Shown here piece by piece: positions 18,722 through 27,695 of a DNA stretch of 64,000 bases (its first letter is position 1; each line of letters begins with the position of its first letter). Source of the DNA: Kiritimatiellia bacterium (GTDB lineage Bacteria; Verrucomicrobiota; Kiritimatiellia; SLAD01); assembly GCA_007134735.1 (NCBI GenBank), contig SLKG01000043.1, positions 19,317 to 83,316 on the forward strand. Direction: 5' to 3'. Below the pieces are notes generated by a model. It was not told the origin of the DNA, did not search any database, and saw only the letters and a list, made by a program, of their open reading frames with translations. A program made the translations under genes and the position numbers.

Positions 18722-20287
18722 TTATGTTCCCGTGGCCGGCGCGTTAAGTGTTTGCTCAACGGTGCGGGCGAGTTTGTCGGCCGTATAGGGTTTTTGCAGA
18801 TAGACGCCCGAACTCAATTGCTGGAGGGTTCTTACGCGCTGGGATTCGGCGTATCCGCTTACAATCAAACAGCGGATTCCGGGTAGCGTGTCGGCAATCT
18901 TCCGGTACAGGTCCAATCCGTCCCCGTCGGTTCCCAGCAGCATGTCCAGCACAAGCAGGTCGGGTTTAAAGGTCCGCGCGTGTTGGAGAGCTTCTTTCGG
19001 TGTTCCCGCGCATTGTACGCGGTATCCGCAGTCTTCCAGGAGGCGACGGGCCAGCAAGCGCTGTTCGGTTTGATCGTCCACCACGAGCACTTTCCGCGTG
19101 TCCGCGGCAGAGCGAGCCCTCTCAGGCGCGCGCGGTCGTTCCGTACGTTCTTTTACCGCGGGGAAGTAGAGAACGACACGGGAACCCCGGTCGGGATGGG
19201 TGCTGATATCGATCGCACCGCCCACCTCTTTCATGACGCCGAACACAACAGCCCGTCCGAGATCGAGGCCGTTGTGTTCCGTTTCTTCCGGGCTGTTAAA
19301 TGGAAGGAATACATCATGTCGACACACGGCGTCGTTGCCGTTTCCTTTGAAGGAGAGGGCCAGCGTGACATATTCGCCTTTTTCGAGGGTCCCACACGTG
19401 CCGGCCCGGTTCTCGCTCAAAGTGGCGAGGACGGTGCGCAGGGAGATCACGCCCTTGGGAGGGGATGCGGATTCAAAAGCGTTTTCCATGAGGTTGGCGA
19501 TTACCTGTTGCAGTGATGAAGGGGCGGCACAGACCGCGGGAAGATGGCCGGCCAGTTGGGGCTCGACCGTCAGGTCCGGTTTCCGTCTTTTCAGTTCTTC
19601 AAAGGCGGCGGATGCCAGGTGGGTCAAGACGACTTCGTTGAGGTCCACGGGTTCTTTTTCGGCGGACCCGCGTTGAGACAGGGTCAACAGGTTTTGAATC
19701 ACGCGGGTGGCCCGCAGCGCGGAATCCCGGATCAGCATCAGGTCCTCCGCCATGGGATTGTCCGCTTGGAGGGTCTTGAGCAGGATATCCGGATATCCGA
19801 CAACGGGGCCGAGTATATTGTTCAGATCGTGGGCGATGCCTCCGGCGAGCAGACCCAGCGCTTCCACCCGATCGGCCTGGCGGCGGCTATCCTGCGCCTG
19901 TTTCTTGAGGGTAATGTCCTCGCAGATCACGTGTACGCGCATACGGCCGGCTTCATCGGGGAAGGGCTGCGCCACTTCCCGGACGCGGATCACCTGGCCA
20001 TCCTTCCGTATTTTCCGGAATTCCCATTCCCGGGTCTCACCGGGCCCGTTTTTCAGACAATCGGAAAGTTGCTGTTGCACGGCTTTCCGGTCATCCGGAT
20101 GGAATATGCCCAGCACGGAACGCCCGGTTAATTCCGACCGGGAATAGCCCAGTGTCCGGGTTCCGAACCGGTTGACGGACAGGATGGTGCCCTCTCCGTC
20201 CACCACGAAGTACATGAGTGGAACATGGTCGTTCCACCGGGTTTCAAATTCGGGTTCTTTTTTCGGTTTTTTACGTGCCTCTGCCAT
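18722..20287 (-). CDS. Hybrid sensor histidine kinase (PAS-HisKA-HATPase_c-REC)
   Basis: PAS domain, H-box (IAHDLNNILGPVVGY), HATPase and a C-terminal receiver (VLVVDDQ...DLLVLDMLL). The start is trimmed to ATG 20287 (MAEARKKPKK). Confidence 0.8.
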   Translation of the reverse strand: MAEARKKPKKEPEFETRWNDHVPLMYFVVDGEGTILSVNRFGTRTLGYSRSELTGRSVLGIFHPDDRKAVQQQLSDCLKNGPGETREWEFRKIRKDGQVIRVREVAQPFPDEAGRMRVHVICEDITLKKQAQDSRRQADRVEALGLLAGGIAHDLNNILGPVVGYPDILLKTLQADNPMAEDLMLIRDSALRATRVIQNLLTLSQRGSAEKEPVDLNEVVLTHLASAAFEELKRRKPDLTVEPQLAGHLPAVCAAPSSLQQVIANLMENAFESASPPKGVISLRTVLATLSENRAGTCGTLEKGEYVTLALSFKGNGNDAVCRHDVFLPFNSPEETEHNGLDLGRAVVFGVMKEVGGAIDISTHPDRGSRVVLYFPAVKERTERPRAPERARSAADTRKVLVVDDQTEQRLLARRLLEDCGYRVQCAGTPKEALQHARTFKPDLLVLDMLLGTDGDGLDLYRKIADTLPGIRCLIVSGYAESQRVRTLQQLSSGVYLQKPYTADKLARTVEQTLNAPATGT

Positions 20288-20474
20288 CACAAAAATGGAT
20301 ACCCCGGAACGGAACTTGCGTATAGCCGGAGTGTTGCGACAACGGCCCTTCCATGCGGTCCCGGCTTGACGACGGTTGGCTTCTTGATCAACATGAGAAG
20401 GTCCCCTGAGAATGCCGCGCGGAGCGGGCGGGATGTATTCGATTTCAGGGGTATGCGCGACGCGAGGAAAAGCC

Positions 20475-21260
20475 ATGTCATTACGTATTTGCATACTGGC
20501 GAGCGGCAGTTCCGGTAATTGCACCTATATTGAATCGGAGACCACGTCCCTGTTGATCGATGCGGGGTTGAGCGCGAGGCGGACGGCCGACGGCCTGGCG
20601 AAACTGGGCCGGGATATCCGTTCCCTGCAGGGGGTCTGCCTCAGCCACGAACACCGGGATCATGTAACGGGGCTCCGCGTTCTGCATACCCGGTATGGTG
20701 TTCCGGTGTATGCCAATGCCGGGACGGTCGAAGCCTTGCGCCGGAATCTGGAATGGGCGGGGATTGCGTGGCAGGTCTTCACAACGGGCTCCCCTTTTCA
20801 AGTGGGCGATATGCGTGTTGAACCGTTTTCGGTTCCGCACGACGCATACGATCCGGTCGGCTTCGTGGTGGAAACGCAGGGCGCCCGGGTTGGCGTGGTG
20901 ACCGACATGGGCATGGCCACATCGTTGATCCGCGAGCGGTTGCGCCGGTGTCATGCGGTGGTTATCGAGGCCAATCACGACGACCAATTACTGGCCGGCG
21001 CCGAACGGCCCTGGTCGCTCAAACAGCGGATCAAGGGAAGACAGGGCCATCTTTCAAACGAGCACGCCGCGGCCATGCTGGCGGAGATTGCCGGACCGGA
21101 TCTCCGGCAGGTATTTCTGGCGCACTTAAGCGAGGACTGCAACCGGCACGACCTGGCCCTGGAACGCATGCAACGGTGTCTCGTCGAGGGGGGGCATCAC
21201 CACATCAAGGTGAGCCTTACGTTTCCCGACCGGATCAGCGAAGTCTGGTCGTTCGCATGA
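20475..21260 (+). CDS. MBL-fold metallo-hydrolase
   Basis: HxHxDH motif (LSHEHRDH). The start is taken at MSLRICILASGSSGNC. Confidence 0.75.
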   Translation: MSLRICILASGSSGNCTYIESETTSLLIDAGLSARRTADGLAKLGRDIRSLQGVCLSHEHRDHVTGLRVLHTRYGVPVYANAGTVEALRRNLEWAGIAWQVFTTGSPFQVGDMRVEPFSVPHDAYDPVGFVVETQGARVGVVTDMGMATSLIRERLRRCHAVVIEANHDDQLLAGAERPWSLKQRIKGRQGHLSNEHAAAMLAEIAGPDLRQVFLAHLSEDCNRHDLALERMQRCLVEGGHHHIKVSLTFPDRISEVWSFA

Positions 21261-21373
21261 AATTCCGGCGCGAATTGGGCATTGCGGGGTTGACAGTTTC
21301 CGCAGGCTTCCTGATGCTCACGATATGGGGATGTCGGGGTGGCATCCCGTGTAGATAACCCGTGGAGGCATGT

Positions 21374-21949
21374 ATGAAGAAAACGTTAGCGATTGCGTTG
21401 ATCATGGGGGCGGCCCTGCAGGTCGCGGTAGCCGGCAATATAAGCCTGTTTGGTTCCTATTGGGATGCCAAGGACATGGATGATCCCCTGTTGGGCGGAG
21501 GCCTTAAATTTGATGTGGGGATCAATCCGAACCTTGCCTTTCAGGTCCGGGCCAGTTACCTGGAGGGTGATGTGGATTCAGAGGGCGGGTTGACGATATC
21601 CCTCATCTCCATTCCCCTCGAAGTCGGACTGAAATACAATTTCATGCCGCAGGAACAGTTGAATGCCTATGTGGGCGGCGGCTTGGGGTATTACATGTTT
21701 GCGACGGGTTGGAAAGGCCCGGGCATTGACGAAACCGAATCCGCGGATAACGAGATCGGATTCTACGCGGTGGGCGGAGTTGATTTTCAGGTCGGTGAAA
21801 GAGTGTCTCTTTTTGCGGAGGCCAAGTACACCATGGTAGAGGTCAAGAAGACCGATATACCCAGCGAGTTCGGCGGCGGAGCCGTTGAGATTGATGACGG
21901 ATCGCTTGACGGCATTGGCGTCAATGTCGGTATTACCTTCACTTGGTAA
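21374..21949 (+). CDS. Small outer-membrane beta-barrel protein (OmpW / porin-family-like)
   Basis: Signal peptide (MKKTLAIALIMGAALQVAVA), alternating amphipathic strands and a C-terminal aromatic residue (ITFTW). Confidence 0.65.
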   Translation: MKKTLAIALIMGAALQVAVAGNISLFGSYWDAKDMDDPLLGGGLKFDVGINPNLAFQVRASYLEGDVDSEGGLTISLISIPLEVGLKYNFMPQEQLNAYVGGGLGYYMFATGWKGPGIDETESADNEIGFYAVGGVDFQVGERVSLFAEAKYTMVEVKKTDIPSEFGGGAVEIDDGSLDGIGVNVGITFTW

Positions 21950-21970
21950 CGGATTCACAAACGGTTCGCG

Positions 21971-22007
21971 AGGGGCTGCGGGAGTTTTTCCGCAGCCCCT
22001 CTTGTTT
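21971..22007 (+). terminator. Rho-independent terminator
   Basis: AGGGGCTGCGG-loop-CCGCAGCCCCT followed by CTTGTTT. Confidence 0.7.
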
Positions 22008-22163
22008 ATGCGGGCCGGGGGCGGGTTCGGGGCAACGCGGGACACACCGGCCGGGCCAGGGGCGCCGGTCGAAATATCATTCGCACTCCGCCGGGGGGCG
22101 TGGTAAAGTATCGCCGGATTCGGGCAGGGTGCACCGGATCCGGATTGCGGAATAGCATTCAGG

Positions 22164-23885
22164 ATGACCACGGCAAGCACAACCAAACTGGCTTCGCTGC
22201 TGGAGAAGTCCGGACTGTTCAATCCCGAACAGATTGCGGACCTCCTGCAGAAACAGCAACAGACCGGCATGTCCATTACCGACACGGTGGTGTCGCAGGG
22301 CCTGGCCCGTGAAGATCGGTTTCTCGAAGCACTCGCCGCGGCTATGGGCCTTCCATTTGTGCGGCTGGGCGATTCGGCCATTGAGAGCGCGGTGCTGGAG
22401 AAATTGTCCACGAAGGCCGTGTTTCAATACAACGTAATACCGGTCAGCATGGAAAACGGGACGTTGCGCGTGGCGACGCACGATCCGTTCATTCCCGGAC
22501 TGGTGGATGCCCTGCGCATGGCGTCCGGCATGAAGGTGCGCCTGGCGCTGAGTCCCACGGCGGACATTTCCAAGGCCGCCACCAAGTTCTACGGGGTCGG
22601 CGCGGACACCCTCGAGCGGATGATCCAGGACGACCGCATCGAGGTGACGCCCGAAGAAGATATTCTGAAAAAGGATTTGGGCGAAGAGGGCGACCAGGAA
22701 GCTTCGGTGGTCAAATTCGTGAACCAGATCATCTGGGAGGCCTACAAGGATCGCGCGACGGATATACACCTTGAGCCGATGGAAACCTCGTTGCGCATAC
22801 GCTATCGCATCGACGGCGTGTTGCATCAAACCCCCGTGCCGGCCCATTTGAAGCGCTTCCAGGCTTCGCTGATTTCCCGTATCAAAGTGATGGCGAACAT
22901 GGATATCGCCGAAAAGCGGTTGCCGCAGGACGGGCGCATCAGTCTTAAGATCCGCGGTGAAGACATTGATGTGCGCGTATCCACGATGCCGACGGTATAC
23001 GGCGAGAGCGTGAGCTTGCGCCTGCTGATGCGGCACAGCGGTCTCCTGGGCCTGGATAAACTGGGATTGGAGCCGCCGGACGAAACACTGTTAAAGAAGC
23101 TGATCACAAAACCGCACGGCATCCTGCTGGTGACGGGTCCTACGGGTTCGGGGAAATCCACGTCGTTGTATGCCTGGCTGCACACGATCAATTCCATTGA
23201 CAAGCGCATCATTACCATTGAAGAGCCGATTGAATACGAAATGGCCGGGATCAATCAGATTCATGTCCGGTCCGAAATCGGATTAACATTTGCGGTGGGA
23301 TTGCGTCATATTCTCCGCCAGGATCCCGACGTCATCATGGTGGGCGAAATTCGCGACCGGGAAACCGCCGAAATCGCGATCCGCGCCGCATTGACGGGCC
23401 ACCTCGTGTTCAGCACGTTACACACCAATGACGCCGCGGGGGCGATCACCCGGCTCGTGGACATGGGGATTGAACCGTTCCTGGTGGCGTCATCGCTGGA
23501 GGGGTTGATCGCCCAGCGTCTGGTGCGCCGTTTGTGTCCGAATTGTAAACGGCCCCGGGAGACGGACGAGATGTTTCTGGAGAGCATCGGATTTCCCCAG
23601 GAACGGCGCTCGGAAGGCACGATCTATGAGGCTGTGGGGTGCGAGGACTGTCGCAATACCGGATTCATGGGGCGTACGGGGATTTATGAAATCATCGTGG
23701 TATCCGATTATATCCGTCCCATGGTGGTGGCCCGGGCCTCGAGTACGGAGATCAAGCAGATGGCGATCAAGCACGGTATGCGGATTCTCCGCCACGACGG
23801 ATGGACGAAAGTGCTCAAGGGCATCACGACGATCGAAGAGGTGCTTCGCGTCACGGAAGATGCCGAAGACATGACGGAGACGTAG
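22164..23885 (+). CDS. gspE: Type II secretion system ATPase GspE
   Basis: T2SSE N-terminal domain, Walker A (GPTGSGKST) and a C-terminal tetra-Cys motif (CPNCK...CEDC). Confidence 0.9.
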   Translation: MTTASTTKLASLLEKSGLFNPEQIADLLQKQQQTGMSITDTVVSQGLAREDRFLEALAAAMGLPFVRLGDSAIESAVLEKLSTKAVFQYNVIPVSMENGTLRVATHDPFIPGLVDALRMASGMKVRLALSPTADISKAATKFYGVGADTLERMIQDDRIEVTPEEDILKKDLGEEGDQEASVVKFVNQIIWEAYKDRATDIHLEPMETSLRIRYRIDGVLHQTPVPAHLKRFQASLISRIKVMANMDIAEKRLPQDGRISLKIRGEDIDVRVSTMPTVYGESVSLRLLMRHSGLLGLDKLGLEPPDETLLKKLITKPHGILLVTGPTGSGKSTSLYAWLHTINSIDKRIITIEEPIEYEMAGINQIHVRSEIGLTFAVGLRHILRQDPDVIMVGEIRDRETAEIAIRAALTGHLVFSTLHTNDAAGAITRLVDMGIEPFLVASSLEGLIAQRLVRRLCPNCKRPRETDEMFLESIGFPQERRSEGTIYEAVGCEDCRNTGFMGRTGIYEIIVVSDYIRPMVVARASSTEIKQMAIKHGMRILRHDGWTKVLKGITTIEEVLRVTEDAEDMTET

Positions 23886-24014
23886 GGAAGAATGGAGTAA
23901 TGGAGTGATGGTGACATGGAGTGATCTAAGACTCAGGAATGGAACGAAGTTCCCCCAATCCTCCAGTACTCCAACACTCCATTACTCCATTACTCCATTA
24001 CTCCAACACTCCGG
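23886..24014 (+). repeat. Tandem octamer repeat array with an inverted partner (long imperfect hairpin) in the gspE-gspF spacer
   Basis: Right arm (ACTCCAWY) x6 at 23965..24012. Left arm AATGGAGT units at 23893..23926. Loop of about 35 nt. Confidence 0.7.
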
Positions 24015-24035
24015 GACTACTGAAACAGGCTGATC

Positions 24036-25295
24036 ATGCCTCAATATGCCTACACAGCGAAATCCTCCTCGGGTGAGCGGACGGAGGGGACGGTGGATGC
24101 GCGGGACCGGCGCTCGGCCCTGATGCAGATCGAACGGATGGGATTCGTGCCGGTTTCCGTCCGGGAGGGCGGAGCGGCGGTCGGCGCGTCCCGGTCCGAT
24201 CGCCCGGCCGGCCGGAAAACGAAATCGGCGCGGGCTTCGGCGGGGTCGAAAAAGCTGCGCATGAAGACGCGGGATGTATTGTTGTTTACCCGTGAGTTGA
24301 GTGACCTGCTGGCTTCGGGCATGACGCTTGGCAACGCGCTTCATTCCTTGTCGATCCGCAAAACGGGTCGCGCCCAGGATTATGTGATTCCGCAGCTGCG
24401 CGATGAAATCATCCAGGGGACCAGTCTGTCCGATGCGCTGGCCAAACGGCCGGAATCGTTTTCGACCTTGTACGTGAGCATGGTCCGTGCCGGGGAGGCC
24501 AGCGGCGATCTGTCCGAGGTGCTGGAGCGCCTCTGCCAGCATTACGAGCGGGTTCAAGAGGCGCGGGAAAAGATCGGGATGGCGCTCATTTATCCCTCCA
24601 TCGTGCTGGGCATGGGGATTCTGATCATCATCTTCGTGATGATTTGGGTGGTGCCGCAATTCACGGCGATTTTTGAAGAGCTGGGCAGTACCTTGCCCGT
24701 GCCCACGCAGATCCTGATCGGGGTCAGCGCATTCTTCATTCACTACGGGTGGGCCCTGGGGCTGATCACCGCCTTTCTGGTGATTGCGCTCAAGCGGTAC
24801 CTGGCGACGGACGAGGGACAGCGGGCATGGCATCGTTTGCAACTCCGGTTGCCGGTGATCCGGGATGTCGTGGCCGCGAACGCGTATGCTCATTTCGCGC
24901 GCACGCTCAGCGCCTTGTTGTCCAACGGGGTGCCGGTCCTGGACGCGTTGTCGATCGTCGAGAACACGGCGGGCAACCGGGTCATTGCCCGCGAGATACG
25001 CGAGGCCCGCACCCGGGTCACGGACGGTGCGACCATTTCCGCTCCGCTGGCGGCGGGCAAGGTGTTTCCGCGTTTACTGACCGACATGCTGGCGGTCGGA
25101 GAGGAAACGGGCGACATGAGCGGGGCCCTTGAGCATATCGGGAACCGGTACGAACATGAACTGGATCGCAACATCAAGGTCATGACGACGGTATTGGAAC
25201 CGGCCATGATCATTCTCATTTTCCTCGTGGTCGGGTTTGTCGCCATCAGCATGCTGATGGCTGTATTTGATTTGACCAGTGGGTTGAGTGTATAA
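24036..25295 (+). CDS. gspF: Type II secretion system inner-membrane platform protein GspF
   Basis: Two T2SSF repeats (LLASGMTLGNALHSL; LLSNGVPVLDAL). Confidence 0.9.
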   Translation: MPQYAYTAKSSSGERTEGTVDARDRRSALMQIERMGFVPVSVREGGAAVGASRSDRPAGRKTKSARASAGSKKLRMKTRDVLLFTRELSDLLASGMTLGNALHSLSIRKTGRAQDYVIPQLRDEIIQGTSLSDALAKRPESFSTLYVSMVRAGEASGDLSEVLERLCQHYERVQEAREKIGMALIYPSIVLGMGILIIIFVMIWVVPQFTAIFEELGSTLPVPTQILIGVSAFFIHYGWALGLITAFLVIALKRYLATDEGQRAWHRLQLRLPVIRDVVAANAYAHFARTLSALLSNGVPVLDALSIVENTAGNRVIAREIREARTRVTDGATISAPLAAGKVFPRLLTDMLAVGEETGDMSGALEHIGNRYEHELDRNIKVMTTVLEPAMIILIFLVVGFVAISMLMAVFDLTSGLSV

Positions 25296-25348
25296 TGTAA
25301 GGAGATCCAGCGAAGGGACAGGGCGGAAGATCCCGCAGGAGATAGGAT

Positions 25349-25741
25349 ATGAAAAGAATACGTCGAGCATCAAAAACGCACCGTCGAGCCGGGTTCACTC
25401 TGATTGAGATCCTGTTGGTGGTGGTGATTATCGGCATCCTGGTCGGGATGGCCATTCCGCGTCTGGGCGGAAGGGTTCGACAGGCGGAGGAAGCGAGAGC
25501 CCGGGCCGATATCCAGAATATCGGCATGGCGTTGCGTCTGTATGAATTGGACATGGGCGAATACCCGGGTTCCCTGGATGCGTTGGTGAACAATCCCGGC
25601 GGCTCACGCTGGAACGGTCCTTACCTGGAGGGCGGTATTCCGCGCGATCCTTGGGGCGAGTCGTATCAATACCAGCGCACGGACAGGGGGTATACGCTGA
25701 GGTCAAGCGGCCTGGAAAGCGACCGTGACAACCAACGTTGA
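25349..25741 (+). CDS. gspG: Type II secretion major pseudopilin GspG
   Basis: Prepilin leader then GFTLIEILLVVVIIGIL (N-methylation/cleavage motif), and a GspG C-terminal fold. Confidence 0.9.
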   Translation: MKRIRRASKTHRRAGFTLIEILLVVVIIGILVGMAIPRLGGRVRQAEEARARADIQNIGMALRLYELDMGEYPGSLDALVNNPGGSRWNGPYLEGGIPRDPWGESYQYQRTDRGYTLRSSGLESDRDNQR

Positions 25742-26345
25742 CGCGGGAAGGATCCGCCCGGACGCTTCCCCGACGGTGGACGCGCGCGGACCGAAAAACC
25801 GGGATGGTTTCAGTCTGCTGGAAATCATTCTTGTCGTGACCATTATCCTGATCGCTTCGGCGATTGCGATTCCCTCTTTCGTGCGGTCGTATGAAGGTGC
25901 ACGTCTTAATACGTCGGCCCGCACCATTGCGACCGCCAGTAAATACGCCCGGAATATGGCCGTTCTTCGGCAGCAACACATGGCCATCCTGTTCGACACG
26001 CACCGGAACGAGATTGAAATTCTGACCCTCGGCGCGGGGGCCGGCCGTTCCGAACAGGGCGTGTTTCTGGATAGGCGCGCCGGGCACGACCGTCGTTGGG
26101 ATGCCGACCCGGAACAGACCACCATCGAGTCCCTCAAGGTGCGCCCCATGGAGAACGGTGTGCGGATCCTGGGCGTTTCCGACTTCGAAGGCCGGCAGCG
26201 GTACGACGGCATCTATTGGGTGAACTATTATCCCAGCGGAATGTCTGATAAATACACCGTCCGCCTGGGCGATGCACGGAACCGGACGGTGCGGATGGAA
26301 GTGGACCACATTTCAGGAAGATTTTCGGTGGAGTTCGGGAGATAG
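25725..26345 (+). CDS. gspH: Minor pseudopilin (GspH-like)
   Basis: GFSLLEIILVVTII prepilin motif. The tracked start is GTG 25725, which overlaps gspG. An in-frame GTG at 25776 would give a 10-aa leader, so the start is uncertain. Confidence 0.65.
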   Translation: MTTNVDAGRIRPDASPTVDARGPKNRDGFSLLEIILVVTIILIASAIAIPSFVRSYEGARLNTSARTIATASKYARNMAVLRQQHMAILFDTHRNEIEILTLGAGAGRSEQGVFLDRRAGHDRRWDADPEQTTIESLKVRPMENGVRILGVSDFEGRQRYDGIYWVNYYPSGMSDKYTVRLGDARNRTVRMEVDHISGRFSVEFGR

Positions 26346-26442
26346 AAGGAATATGGGATGCACCTCAATCCTGGTCCCAATCTTGATTGACGAAAGGGAT
26401 TACGACAAGGATTGCGACAGGGATAAGGACCTCAAACGTAAC

Positions 26443-26844
26443 ATGACGCTACCCGAAAAACATTCCCGCTCCGGATTGACCCTGATCGAGGTCATGCTGG
26501 CGCTCTCCATTCTGGGGATCGGCCTGTTTGTGCTGGTGGCCGGGACCGCGCAGGGACTGGCCGTGGTGCGCGCGGCGCGGCTCTATGATCATGCCCACGG
26601 CCTGCTGGGCCGGATTGAGGCCGAACATCCGATTCGCTCCGAAGACATCCGTCCCGGTGTGGAGCGGGGCGCCTTCGGGTATGAGCACAGGGATTTCTCG
26701 TGGGAACGGGAAATTGATTACGTGGGGGATGAGGAAGACCGTCTCTTCGTGGTAACCACGCGGGTGATCTGGTCCCGGCGCGGCCGGCGTGGGTTCGAAG
26801 AAGTGGTGACGTATCGGCATCTACCGGAGGAAGAGGAGGAGTGA
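26443..26844 (+). CDS. gspI: Minor pseudopilin (GspI-like)
   Basis: MTLPEKHSRSGLTLIEVMLALSILGI prepilin N-terminus. Confidence 0.7.
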   Translation: MTLPEKHSRSGLTLIEVMLALSILGIGLFVLVAGTAQGLAVVRAARLYDHAHGLLGRIEAEHPIRSEDIRPGVERGAFGYEHRDFSWEREIDYVGDEEDRLFVVTTRVIWSRRGRRGFEEVVTYRHLPEEEEE

Positions 26845-27695
26845 TAAAGTACTGGAGTACTGGGGTAGCGGGGAACGTTGATTCCGGCGACGAATCGACC
26901 CGGTCTGTTGCTACCCATGCTTCGGCGGGTCCAACGGCCCCGCCCTACCGGGTCCAAATCCACCGTGAGAGGCGAGGGCGCTTGCGCCGCGACCGCCGGA
27001 ATCCCGCTATCGTCCGGCCGGTCTCTTCAGCCGGTTTTACCCTGCTCGAACTGCTCGTGGCGCTGGTCATTCTCGTGTCCGCCACGACCATTGTCTGGGC
27101 CACCTTTTCCTCCACGCTCCGGGCCTGGCAGCGGGGCACCGCCCTTACGGACGATCTTCATCACGGTGATTTTGTGATGGAGCAATTGACGGCCGCGCTC
27201 CGGTCGGCGGCTTTTTTCCATTCCGATCCCGCGCTGTATGAATTCCGGCTGGAGAAGCGGGGCGGAGGACAGCATCCGGCGGATGTCTTGAGCTGGGTGA
27301 CCACCAGTCCGGCCTTCATGCCCGGCGATTCCCCCTGGGTGCACGGGTTGCACCGCATCGTGGCCACGGTGGACCGTGACCGCCGCGGCGAGCGCGGATT
27401 TGCGGTCACCGCATTCCACCACCTTGAAGATCGCGACGATCTGGACGCGGATTTCTGGTTCATATCCGGCCGGGTGCAGGGCCTTCGGTGCGAGGTATAT
27501 GATTACGGGCGGGATCAATGGGTTCCCCGCTGGCCGGAAAGCAATTCCATCCCTTCGCGATTAAAGGTCACCCTGTACCTGGAGCCGCCCCGGGGTGAGC
27601 GGACTCCGATACAGGTCACGCGCGTGATCGATATTCCCGTAGCGCCGGTGGTTACCCAGGCGCTGGACCAGGCGGAGGGAGGGATGATGGAATGA
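26841..27695 (+). CDS. gspJ: Minor pseudopilin (GspJ-like)
   Basis: AGFTLLELLVALVILV prepilin motif. The tracked start GTG 26841 (GTGA overlap with gspI) gives a 74-aa leader. An in-frame TTG near 26979 would give about 17 aa, so the start is uncertain. Confidence 0.6.
   Translation: MIKYWSTGVAGNVDSGDESTRSVATHASAGPTAPPYRVQIHRERRGRLRRDRRNPAIVRPVSSAGFTLLELLVALVILVSATTIVWATFSSTLRAWQRGTALTDDLHHGDFVMEQLTAALRSAAFFHSDPALYEFRLEKRGGGQHPADVLSWVTTSPAFMPGDSPWVHGLHRIVATVDRDRRGERGFAVTAFHHLEDRDDLDADFWFISGRVQGLRCEVYDYGRDQWVPRWPESNSIPSRLKVTLYLEPPRGERTPIQVTRVIDIPVAPVVTQALDQAEGGMME

Noticed and set aside
22100-22163. Sigma-54 promoter upstream of gspE (GTGCAC ... TTGC)
   Set aside because: The spacing between the -24-like and -12-like elements is about 10 nt instead of the required 4-5, and the GG dinucleotide is not matched.
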